From IMG/VR virus record IMGVR_UViG_3300031355_000070, positions 1 through 55,272 of that record: a DNA stretch of 55,272 bases. One strand, 5' to 3'. The position numbers and the translations under genes are program-made. Positions 43,422-52,057 of the stretch are shown in pieces. This DNA comes from a virus (taxonomy: Duplodnaviria > Caudoviricetes). Under the pieces are notes generated by a model. The model worked only from the letters and a program-made list of their open reading frames with translations, ran no database searches and was not told the DNA's origin. Every line of letters starts with the position of its first letter. The stretch's first letter is position 1.

Positions 43422-44340
43422 AAAAATAGCTCATTTTTCACCCGAAGCCTTCAGTTCTCTTTTTGAAAAATATATTAATGATTATACATTCTTGCATAAC
43501 CGTTGCGATAAGGATGTGGATATAATATATTGCGGAAGCATGTCTCAATTAAGCAAGGCGATGATAGCCAAGGAGATTTTCAACAAGCCTCTAATATGTT
43601 GGGTTTGGGACATTCCCTATAATTGGAGGGAATGGTGCAGATCAGATAATGAAATTCAAAATAATCAGAGAAGAGAAGCGTATGTTAAAAAATCGATTCT
43701 GAATCTCCGAAAATGCGATAAAGTAATTAGTGCAAGCAAATATACTCAAAGAATACTGAAAAAAAAGTTCAATATAGATAGTGACCAGATTTATTTTTAT
43801 ATAGATACTGAAGAATTGGATTCAATTCATATAGATTCAAAAAAAGGGCATATTATTCAAATAGGTCGATTTGCTCCCAATAAAAGATTTGATATTTCGA
43901 TTAGAGCGATGAAAGGAATAGATCGAAAATTTATTTGTATTGGCATTGGTAGATACAAAAAATTAGAGGAATTATCTCATAAATTAAATGTTGATGTTGA
44001 TTTTTATTGTAATCGGGAAAATAAAGTTAAAATCAAACTTCTGAAAGAGTCAGAAATTTTAGTATCACCTTCTATTTTTGAGGGTTGGGGCATGACTCCG
44101 ATTGAGGCTCTATATTGTAAGGTGCCAGTTTTATTGAATGATTTAGAAGTATTCAAAGAGATATATGGAGACAATGTACTCTATCATAAAAAGGATAATG
44201 TTGAAGACATGAGAGAGAAGTTACGCTATTTATTGAGTGATAAACAGCTTCAGAGGAAAATAGTAGAGAGATGCCGTCCTCTGATTTCTGAATTTACAGT
44301 TTCCAAATTTGCTAAGAGATGGGAGAAAGTAATTGAGTAA
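43411..44340 (+). CDS. GT4 family glycosyltransferase
   Basis: IGRFAPNKRFD...PSIFEGWGMTPIEAL. Confidence 0.9.
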   Translation: MKNKKIAHFSPEAFSSLFEKYINDYTFLHNRCDKDVDIIYCGSMSQLSKAMIAKEIFNKPLICWVWDIPYNWREWCRSDNEIQNNQRREAYVKKSILNLRKCDKVISASKYTQRILKKKFNIDSDQIYFYIDTEELDSIHIDSKKGHIIQIGRFAPNKRFDISIRAMKGIDRKFICIGIGRYKKLEELSHKLNVDVDFYCNRENKVKIKLLKESEILVSPSIFEGWGMTPIEALYCKVPVLLNDLEVFKEIYGDNVLYHKKDNVEDMREKLRYLLSDKQLQRKIVERCRPLISEFTVSKFAKRWEKVIE

Positions 44341-44995
44341 TTTAGACATGGCAACTAAGTTCTGTATTGATTTTGGTATAGGACTGGAAGAAGCAGAGAG
44401 CAAACTTCGAGGGATTTTCCCAGCAGATGGAGGCGGATATTTTAATGAGAATGGGAGCAGACCGGGGAACTGGCGATTGCTTTATTTTTCTGTTGTTTCA
44501 TGCCTATTGAAAGCTGCAAAAAATATTCTTGAACTTGGGACTGGCCTAGGAAAGACAACTGCTGCGCTATCTGTATTATTCCCAAATGCAACAATCTATA
44601 CAATTGATATTCCCAAGGATGATAATGATTATAAAGCATTTGCATGGCGGGGTCAATGCAAAGAAAATATGGAATATTTCAAGAAAAATATAAGCAAAGA
44701 TAATATTATTTTTATCGAAAAAAATAGTTTCTTTTTGCCATTTCTAAAGCTTCCCAACACGTTTGATTTAATATGGATTGACGGAGGTCATTATTATCCT
44801 ACAGTAGCATGGGATATTATGTTTTCCTATAATAGATTATGCTCAAAAGGCTTTATGTTTATGCATGATTATGGCCTAAAATTGGACGTCAAGCCTACTG
44901 TAGATTATATAAACAATCTAATAGAAGAAGATATAAAATTTCTTCCTTCCAAGATGACAGGAAGTCTTTCTACTGCATGGCTCAGAAAGGCATGA
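44333..44995 (+). CDS. Class I SAM methyltransferase (Methyltransf_24-like)
   Basis: ILELGTGLG...FDLIWIDGGH...MHD. Confidence 0.85.
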   Translation: MSNLDMATKFCIDFGIGLEEAESKLRGIFPADGGGYFNENGSRPGNWRLLYFSVVSCLLKAAKNILELGTGLGKTTAALSVLFPNATIYTIDIPKDDNDYKAFAWRGQCKENMEYFKKNISKDNIIFIEKNSFFLPFLKLPNTFDLIWIDGGHYYPTVAWDIMFSYNRLCSKGFMFMHDYGLKLDVKPTVDYINNLIEEDIKFLPSKMTGSLSTAWLRKA

Positions 44996-44999
44996 TGAA

Positions 45000-45788
45000 A
45001 TGAAAGTAGGGTTTATACAAGTTTTTAATGAAGTCAATTGGATTGGCTATGCGATAGAACAAGCCATGAATTTCTGCGATGAGCTAATTGTTTGCGAGGG
45101 ATCTCAATTCGTTGCCTTCCCTGATATTCCAGAAAGATCTGATGATGGCACATTAGACATTATAAATGATAAAGTGAAGCAGTATCCTAAGAAGATAAAA
45201 ATTATCAAAACTATAAGAAAATATAATAATTATAGAAAAAATCAATGTGCTAATTTTAATCTGGCACTTGATGATTGTAAAATTGGAGATTATTTCATTC
45301 ATCTTGATGCAGATGAATTTTTTACTGATGAATGGATTACAAAAGTAAACGAACTAATGAGAGAAAATAAAATTGATATTATTAATACACTTGGCTATAG
45401 ATTTATGTTTAGTTTTAAGTGGCGATTTGATTTTGGTAAAATACAGCCACGCTTTGTTATTGTTAAAAAAATTAATGGACTTCATTTTAGGCCTACCCAT
45501 CATTACGTAAATCCAGGCAAACATATAATAACGTTTCCCAAAAATAGTCATTATCATTATTGCTGGCTAAAACCGCAAGAGAGAATGCACATAAGAATGA
45601 AAACATCTGGGATGTATCCGAATATGCTGAATTGGTTTGATAAAAATTGGGATAATTTCAAATTGGAAAATGGAAAAGAATATTCAGGCTATTCAGGCAA
45701 ATTTAATTTGCATAGATATGAAGGCAATCACCCTGAAATACTAAATAATCACCCCTGGCGACACGTTGAAGATATAAGAAAATTATGA
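45000..45788 (+). CDS. GT2-like glycosyltransferase
   Basis: VFNE...DELIVCEG...SDDGT...HLDADE. Confidence 0.8.
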   Translation: MKVGFIQVFNEVNWIGYAIEQAMNFCDELIVCEGSQFVAFPDIPERSDDGTLDIINDKVKQYPKKIKIIKTIRKYNNYRKNQCANFNLALDDCKIGDYFIHLDADEFFTDEWITKVNELMRENKIDIINTLGYRFMFSFKWRFDFGKIQPRFVIVKKINGLHFRPTHHYVNPGKHIITFPKNSHYHYCWLKPQERMHIRMKTSGMYPNMLNWFDKNWDNFKLENGKEYSGYSGKFNLHRYEGNHPEILNNHPWRHVEDIRKL

Positions 45789-46618
45789 AAATATTGGGTG
45801 GGATGACAACGTGGAATAATTTTGAATTCTTTAAATATTCATTAAAACAAGCACTGGATTTTTGTGATGAAGTAATTGTAGTTGAGGGTTGTCATTCAAG
45901 GCAATATCCGAAACATTCTACTGATGGAACAGTTGAATATTTAAATTCTTTAAAACATTCAAAGCTAAAAGTATTAGATTTTGATTATAAGAAATATGGC
46001 TTAGAAGGGAAAAGATATGATTTAGTTCAATGCAAGATATGGAATTTAATAAACAGTTCCTTTAAATCATGGAAGCCGGGAAATTGGTTAGTTCGATGGG
46101 ATGATGATAGATTTTGGTTTAAAAAGGATTTAGAAAAAGTAAGAGATATTCTTAAAACTACAAAACAGGACAGAGTGAATTTTAGGGAAAGATTTTTTAC
46201 ATATAATTTTAGATTCAATCTTATTCGAGGGCCTGGACATAGATTTGACAGGATTACAGAAGGATGTTTTTATACGCCAATTGTTAATTTGTGTTATGAA
46301 AATAGCACACGCTATCAAGATATGCCAATACAATCAGAGATCATTGTTTTTCATTATACTTCCGTTAAGAAATCCGAAAGAATGAATGCTCGCTGGATTA
46401 TGTCTGTTGAGAAAGGAACAGAAAGTTCAAGAACACGATTCAAGAAATGGATGAACATTAAATGGAAAAATGATGATGATTTTTTAAAGTACAGAGATAC
46501 TATCGCTTTTATATTAGGAGGCGATCCCAGCAATGTTAATATTTATAATGGAAAACATCCTGAAGTATTAGACAGCCATCCTTGGCGATATATTGAGGAT
46601 ATAAGGAAAATAAAATGA
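45785..46618 (+). CDS. GT2-like glycosyltransferase (paralog of the upstream gene)
   Basis: DEVIVVEG...STDGT...WDDD; shared HPWR.(V/I)EDIRK C-terminus. Confidence 0.8.
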   Translation: MKILGGMTTWNNFEFFKYSLKQALDFCDEVIVVEGCHSRQYPKHSTDGTVEYLNSLKHSKLKVLDFDYKKYGLEGKRYDLVQCKIWNLINSSFKSWKPGNWLVRWDDDRFWFKKDLEKVRDILKTTKQDRVNFRERFFTYNFRFNLIRGPGHRFDRITEGCFYTPIVNLCYENSTRYQDMPIQSEIIVFHYTSVKKSERMNARWIMSVEKGTESSRTRFKKWMNIKWKNDDDFLKYRDTIAFILGGDPSNVNIYNGKHPEVLDSHPWRYIEDIRKIK

Positions 46619-46626
46619 GGTATTAA

Positions 46627-47175
46627 ATGCCAGATATAGAACGACCTGCATTGTTTTATGACAAAAATTTTAATAAAACGGGATGGAAGAAACCCGAAAT
46701 GATACCTCGACATCAATATGTTATTAATGAATTGAAACGACTTAAAGTAAAGACCGTGCTTGATATTGGATGTGGAATAGGAACACTTCTTTCGCTCTGT
46801 CGGGATAGTGGTCTTACGTGTCATGGGTTTGATTTTAGTTCTGTAGCTATTAATATCTGTAAAAAATATAATAAATTAGATAATGTATGGGTTGGGAATG
46901 CTTTGGATAAAAAGAATTATGAAGGTGAATATGATGCTTATTTGGTCATAGAAGTTTTAGAGCACATTGAAAGGGATTTTGATGTTATCAAAAACCTGAG
47001 GTCAAATATTCCATTTATATTTTCTCTTCCAAATTGGGCTAATGTTGGGAGTAGTCATGTAAGATGCTTTAGTTCTGATTTTGCGATAAGGCAGAGATAT
47101 GGTGAAATTGTTGATATAAAAAGCATTAAAAGATTCGGAGCTCGCAGAGTTATTATAAGCATAACAAAAATATAA
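46627..47175 (+). CDS. Class I SAM methyltransferase
   Basis: VLDIGCGIG...GFDFS...EVLEHI. Confidence 0.85.
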   Translation: MPDIERPALFYDKNFNKTGWKKPEMIPRHQYVINELKRLKVKTVLDIGCGIGTLLSLCRDSGLTCHGFDFSSVAINICKKYNKLDNVWVGNALDKKNYEGEYDAYLVIEVLEHIERDFDVIKNLRSNIPFIFSLPNWANVGSSHVRCFSSDFAIRQRYGEIVDIKSIKRFGARRVIISITKI

Positions 47176-47331
47176 AAAATGCAAAAAGACAACAATATTG
47201 AAAGAATATAAATTATTAAAAATAACGCAATGAAAAGGACATGAAGCTATTAGACATAAGAGACATTTCGATTATAGATTCTTTCCCTTTGTATAATTGC
47301 AAAAAAGATTCTTCCTTTACCAAATATTTTA

Positions 47332-47661
47332 ATGGTAGCAATACATGATATGTCTGTAACAATAGGAAGATTTCAAACAGATTGCCTTCTTGGGAAAAAA
47401 GGAGAGCTTTATTATCAAGAAGGACGAATTGAGTTTGACAAGTGGGAATTAGGGCAGTTCTTAACTGACGAGAAATGGTTCGTTAAAGAATATTCATGGC
47501 TTGATAAGGACGAATCTCAATATGATATTAAACAAAAGGCTACTTGGTATCCATATCAATATATTTATAGCGAAAATAATATTCCTAATAAAGAATTAGG
47601 AAGTTATGGGCCTACTATTGGATTTGCCTTTCAAATTGAAAAAGAAACTGGGAAAAACTAA
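47332..47661 (+). CDS. Hypothetical protein
   Basis: ORF inside the island; start uncertain; preceded by short broken ORFs. Confidence 0.4.
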   Translation: MVAIHDMSVTIGRFQTDCLLGKKGELYYQEGRIEFDKWELGQFLTDEKWFVKEYSWLDKDESQYDIKQKATWYPYQYIYSENNIPNKELGSYGPTIGFAFQIEKETGKN

Positions 47662-47663
47662 AT

Positions 47664-48308
47664 ATGATTAATAAAAAAGAGATAAAGATTGTATTCCCTG
47701 AGAGTGTGAAAAAATATATGAGGCTTCAATGTAACGATGAGATTAGACTTTATAATCATTTGATAGAGATTGAGAAAATAGAAAAATACTTAAAAGATTT
47801 AAAGCCTAAAATAGCATTGGATATGGGTTCGGGAATAGGGCGTGCGAGCGTTTTTTTCTTCAAATATTTTAATTGGACAGATACTCTATTTATAGAGGCT
47901 GACGGGAATTCAGGTGAAATACAGCTATCAGGGATAAGAAATGGGGAAAAAGAATTTTATAATTCTCTAAAAGCAACAGAATTGTTTTGTAGAGCGAATG
48001 AGATTGAGAATTTAAAATTATTTAATCTTGAGAAGCATACATGGAAAGAATTAGATTGCAAACCCGATTTAGTTTATAGCTTTGCCGCATTGGGATTTCA
48101 TTGGTCTTTTAATCAATTTTTAATAGACATTTATCCTTTTTTGGAAAGTAAATGTATTTTAATTTTTGGATTAAGAGGTAAAACACAAATAAAGAGTTGG
48201 ATTGATAATCAAGTAAAAAATATTAATTTTGACGAATATCGAATTATAGAGTTTTTTTTTGATGCAAAAAATAAAAAAGGAGGATTTATAATTTTGGAGA
48301 AAAAATGA
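47664..48308 (+). CDS. Class I SAM methyltransferase
   Basis: ALDMGSGIGR...DLVYSFAALGFH. Confidence 0.75.
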   Translation: MINKKEIKIVFPESVKKYMRLQCNDEIRLYNHLIEIEKIEKYLKDLKPKIALDMGSGIGRASVFFFKYFNWTDTLFIEADGNSGEIQLSGIRNGEKEFYNSLKATELFCRANEIENLKLFNLEKHTWKELDCKPDLVYSFAALGFHWSFNQFLIDIYPFLESKCILIFGLRGKTQIKSWIDNQVKNINFDEYRIIEFFFDAKNKKGGFIILEKK

Positions 48309-48964
48309 AGCCTTTATACATTACTTATTCAAATGAATTGGAACCATTTAATAGCATGGCGAATGAGCTTTGCCATAAAGTTAAAAAACTTAATTGTGGC
48401 GATTGCATTCATTTGCATCAATCTAAACCAGGAGCTGAAACGAATTTTTCTATTGCTATGTATTCTATGATTTTTGCCGAAGTTAAAAAGATTATAGTTA
48501 AACGCCCTATAATAATTCTTGATGCTGATCATATATTATTGAAGCCGATAATAGAAATTTTTAATGGTGATTGGGATGTTGGCGCTGTATATCGTAGTAA
48601 ATGTATTAATAAATATGGTAGGCATGATTATTGTAGCGGATTAGTGTTATTAAATAATCGACGACCAGACCGTATAATAAAATTCTGCTATGATTGGTTG
48701 CATAGCATGTCTTCATATATACTATCTCCAGGGTTCTGTCCAGAAGGATTGAAACAACAAGGTTGGCAAGATACATGGTGGAATGATCAAGCATCATTGA
48801 ATGAAATTATTACTGTTGATGAAGTAACATTTGGAAAGATTTATACCATTAAGGGCTATCGTGTTTTGCCTTTGCATTGGAATAAATATACATTACCAAG
48901 CAAAGAAGCCGTTATCTTACATCTTAAAGGAGGTAGAAAAAAGCAATGGAAAAAATTAATATGA
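48305..48964 (+). CDS. GT-A nucleotide-diphospho-sugar transferase (GT8/GT77-like)
   Basis: IILDAD...SGLVLL...NDQASLN...ILHLKG. Confidence 0.8.
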   Translation: MKPLYITYSNELEPFNSMANELCHKVKKLNCGDCIHLHQSKPGAETNFSIAMYSMIFAEVKKIIVKRPIIILDADHILLKPIIEIFNGDWDVGAVYRSKCINKYGRHDYCSGLVLLNNRRPDRIIKFCYDWLHSMSSYILSPGFCPEGLKQQGWQDTWWNDQASLNEIITVDEVTFGKIYTIKGYRVLPLHWNKYTLPSKEAVILHLKGGRKKQWKKLI

Positions 48965-49482
48965 AAGATATTGTTATTATAGATGCTTTTTCTTTATATG
49001 ATTGTAAAAAATTAGTCCTGAATGTTGGTTGTGGGAAAGGCAGAATAGATTATCATCTTGCAAAAATGGGTTATAGAGTTTATGCTATTGATATTAAAAG
49101 ACAGAATGCTTGGAAGGATAATAAGCAATTGACTTTTCATTTGGCAGACATCTTTGATTTATCAAGTTTTCCCATAGCGTCTGCTCCCATTGTCATATGT
49201 AGCCAGGTTTTAGAGCATCTGAAGGATTATAGAAAGGCTCTGGCAAACTTATTGAAATTGACAGAAATCAGATTAATTTTGACTGTTCCCTTTAAGAAAT
49301 CTTTTTATAGCCCAGAACATGTTAATTTCTGGGATGATAATAATGTAGGAGAATTCATTGAATTATGCAAACCTTACTCTGTGTCCATTTCCAAGATAAT
49401 TACTAAACCAGAGGATATAAGAAGAAAACAATGTGATTATTTAATAGTAATAGATAAGAGGCAAAAAAATGTCATACAATAG
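48946..49482 (+). CDS. Class I SAM methyltransferase
   Basis: VLNVGCGKG...CSQVLEHL...LTVP. Confidence 0.85.
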   Translation: MEKINMKDIVIIDAFSLYDCKKLVLNVGCGKGRIDYHLAKMGYRVYAIDIKRQNAWKDNKQLTFHLADIFDLSSFPIASAPIVICSQVLEHLKDYRKALANLLKLTEIRLILTVPFKKSFYSPEHVNFWDDNNVGEFIELCKPYSVSISKIITKPEDIRRKQCDYLIVIDKRQKNVIQ

Positions 49483-49789
49483 CCTGTTAATAAACAAAGT
49501 CGATTTGATAACCATAACAACAATCGCATGGGGTGAAACGGCAGAGGCGGTGATTCCGAATGTCGTCTGCCGGATCATGTATACGAATAAGCTTATCCGG
49601 AACTATCAGGGAGAGGAAGTACTGTCATTCGCAAAGCTGTTCTTCAAGCCAGCCCAGATGATCAACCATATGATGAAGGTCCGGATAACTGGTCCGCAGG
49701 ATGCGTCGAAGATAAAGCATCCGATAATCATGATTACGAGACCTCAAAATTCAACAGCGATACATCATACGGAAGTATGGATAGCATAA
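49469..49789 (+). CDS. Head-closure (stopper) protein
   Basis: MSYNSLL...VVCRI...LIRNYQGEEVLS...HHTEVW; precedes the neck gene. Confidence 0.7.
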   Translation: MSYNSLLINKVDLITITTIAWGETAEAVIPNVVCRIMYTNKLIRNYQGEEVLSFAKLFFKPAQMINHMMKVRITGPQDASKIKHPIIMITRPQNSTAIHHTEVWIA

Positions 49790-49796
49790 TTAAATA

Positions 49797-49825
49797 TTGA
49801 CAAATGAGCTGGGATTATGTAAATT
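49797..49825 (+). promoter_or_regulatory. Putative promoter for the tail operon
   Basis: TTGACA-N17-TAAATT. Confidence 0.55.
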
Positions 49826-49836
49826 TATGATATATG

Positions 49837-50003
49837 GAAATTAGGATGAGATGCTAATGATAACGTGCAATTTTGCTATGCGGTCTCTGCTCTCATCCTT
49901 AATTTTTAGTTAAGAGGATTAAGGCGAAAGTCTAAAACTTGCTGCGCTTAAACGCTCAAAGCATTTAAAGCTTGAATGTTCCTTCCAAGCGTAGGAAATT
50001 CAA
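49837..50003 (+). ncRNA. Candidate structured leader / ncRNA
   Basis: 49837-49851 pairs with 49891-49906; AGGC-GAAA-GTCT tetraloop hairpin; further small hairpins in a 238-bp non-coding gap. Confidence 0.35.
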
Positions 50004-50027
50004 AATTTATTGAGGTTATAGAGAATT

Positions 50028-50423
50028 ATGGCTGATAAGACTGGATTTTCGGTTGATTTTTCAGACTTCGATAAGAAGTTCATGAAGATTGTTACTACCG
50101 CCATACCGTCTGCTGGAGCTAGAGGGCTTAAGAAGTCGGCAGCACATCTATTGAGAGATGCGATATTGGAGAGGCCAACAGCACCCAAGAAGACTGGTAA
50201 TTTGAGAAGGACGCAGAAAGTAGAAGAGCCGGTCTTGAGGCCTGACATATCGGTCGAAGCTGGATTCACAGCAGACTATTCAGCAGCAGTACATGAAATG
50301 CCAAGTTCTAATAATTTTACTGAGCCTGATAGCGGACCGAAATACTTGGAATCGAAGCTAATACGTAATAAAGAGAAGTATATGAAGATAGCAGCGGATG
50401 AAATACTTGGTGAGGCCAAATGA
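50028..50423 (+). CDS. Neck protein (HK97 gp10-like)
   Basis: APKKTGNLRRT...YSAAVHE...GPKYLE. Confidence 0.8.
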   Translation: MADKTGFSVDFSDFDKKFMKIVTTAIPSAGARGLKKSAAHLLRDAILERPTAPKKTGNLRRTQKVEEPVLRPDISVEAGFTADYSAAVHEMPSSNNFTEPDSGPKYLESKLIRNKEKYMKIAADEILGEAK

Positions 50424-50911
50424 TAAGAGAGATAACGACTTATATCCAGAATCACATTCCTTTAGACCCGCTTATAACGTGGACTGCACCAGCTCTGACT
50501 ATTGATATTAATCTATTTGCCGGCCATATTCCGATAGAGAATGTAGCAGGCGCTAAAATTCCATCTGGTTTAACTAATCAGAGATATGTTGCTGTGCTTG
50601 AGAATGCGGGCGGGGCAGTGGATAATCAGCAGCCGGATATGATTGAGAAGGCCATACAAATCTATAGCCAGGCTGATAATTATTTTCAGGCTCGCAAGGA
50701 CGCAATGGACATATACACATTACTGCATCAGGATGTGAATACTTATGGAACTGCGGGGATTGACTTGCCAGTTGTGGCCGGCGGTCCGAACTGGCTTGCT
50801 ATGGTTATCGATGCTATATCTGTGCCAGCTCCGATACAGAATCCTGATGCCAAGAAAAATTTTGTGTTTAGTTGTAATTTTATATTTAGGATGGAGAAGG
50901 CAATTTGTTAG
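50420..50911 (+). CDS. Tail terminator protein
   Basis: Position; IQIYSQA...AMDIY.LLH...FSCNF. Confidence 0.7.
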   Translation: MIREITTYIQNHIPLDPLITWTAPALTIDINLFAGHIPIENVAGAKIPSGLTNQRYVAVLENAGGAVDNQQPDMIEKAIQIYSQADNYFQARKDAMDIYTLLHQDVNTYGTAGIDLPVVAGGPNWLAMVIDAISVPAPIQNPDAKKNFVFSCNFIFRMEKAIC

Positions 50912-50946
50912 CCTTTGAAATAAATTTTTTATGGAGGTAAAGAAAA

Positions 50947-51513
50947 ATGGCGAAACTTGCAATAGGTGACATTGGACCTGCCGAGGTGGTCTGGGACTAT
51001 GACGGAACGCCTGTAACCTTGAGCCCAGTATTAGGTACAATTAGTCTGACTATGGAAGATCACGTGGCTGATGCACAAGAAGAGAATTACGGCGATGCTC
51101 CAGTTGACGGCGTTTTCCAAGGCACGATCACTGAGCTATCCGTTCCAATGACCCGCTCAACTATTGCCCAGCTTGAGAATAGCATTGCTTATGATGTTCT
51201 GGGCAGGAAAGGTGGATCTAAGAATCAGATTATCACGCTCAATAATGTAGCTGGCTGTGATATGTATGCGAATGCGAAACAGATAGTTATTGCTCCGATC
51301 TGCAATAATGTCGTTGATACAGACCCAGCACATTGGACATTGCTCTACAAGTGCTATCCATACCGCACAATTGATTTGGGATGGGATAGAGGAACACAGA
51401 GAGTGCATCTCATGAAGTTCAAAATATTCCCGAACCAGGATTCAGGTTATTGTGGCGAATATGGCACAGAGGGCATGGAATCAGGCTCAACTCCGATAAC
51501 TGGGATATGTTAA
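50947..51513 (+). CDS. Major tail tube protein
   Basis: GGAGG RBS; IGPAEV...LGT...; position before the chaperone and TMP. Confidence 0.75.
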   Translation: MAKLAIGDIGPAEVVWDYDGTPVTLSPVLGTISLTMEDHVADAQEENYGDAPVDGVFQGTITELSVPMTRSTIAQLENSIAYDVLGRKGGSKNQIITLNNVAGCDMYANAKQIVIAPICNNVVDTDPAHWTLLYKCYPYRTIDLGWDRGTQRVHLMKFKIFPNQDSGYCGEYGTEGMESGSTPITGIC

Positions 51514-51532
51514 GCCTAGAGGAGAACGTAAA

Positions 51533-51859
51533 TTGAAAAAACTTGTACTGCATACTACGAAAAGTCTCTATAGACCACTTGAGATTGAGGTTGATAACAA
51601 AGCATATTGTTGCAGGAAGTTGACGAAAGATGTAATTGATAAAATATTCAAATTCAGCCAGAAAGCTAAAGAGGGCGACGTCAATGCTCCATACGAGCAG
51701 GCTCATTTTGCATTTGGTGTTCCTATGAAAACACTATATGAACTACATATTAAAGAAGTCGGAGACATAAACAATAAGATTATAGAGGCGATTGTAAACC
51801 CAACTAAAGCAGAGCCGGAAGAAGAAAAAAACGTGAAAGGGCCTGGAGACAAAAGCTAG
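51533..51859 (+). CDS. Tail assembly chaperone (gpG-like)
   Basis: GAGGAG RBS, TTG start; ends ...EEEKN at a slippery site. Confidence 0.8.
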   Translation: MKKLVLHTTKSLYRPLEIEVDNKAYCCRKLTKDVIDKIFKFSQKAKEGDVNAPYEQAHFAFGVPMKTLYELHIKEVGDINNKIIEAIVNPTKAEPEEEKNVKGPGDKS

Positions 51860-52056
51860 CAATAATTGCTGCTGAGTTCCCGGGCCAGTTTCCCGGCTTG
51901 GAATTATATAATCTGGACTTCCGTGAGGAGGATTTCTGGATGAGAGAATCTGCAAAGCATCGGCTTCAGAGGCAGTTGGAGAACCCTAACTTGACAAAAG
52001 AAGGTAGGGACAAGCTCATCTGGACTTTGAGGCTGATAAGTGCTGAGGAGAATTAA
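51826..52056 (+). other. Programmed -1 frameshift site (A AAA AAC) and gpGT-like extension
   Basis: The -1 frame is open from 51832 (RERAWRQKLAIIAAEFPG...) to the TAA at 52054-52056, 1 nt before the TMP ATG. Confidence 0.8.
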
Positions 52057-52057
52057 A

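Noticed and set aside
47176-47350. Pseudogene within the island
   Set aside because: Only short ORFs (10 and 35 codons) with no recognisable homology; insufficient support to call
36681-49482. gtrABC-type serotype conversion cassette or contaminating host LPS locus
   Set aside because: No membrane flippase, polymerase or bactoprenol transferase is evident, and both ends are tightly coupled to virion genes; read-level confirmation is still needed
49837-50003. Hammerhead ribozyme or tRNA in the structured gap
   Set aside because: CTAATGA and GAAA are present but do not form the CUGANGA/GAAA core with the required stems; no cloverleaf or T-loop motif seen
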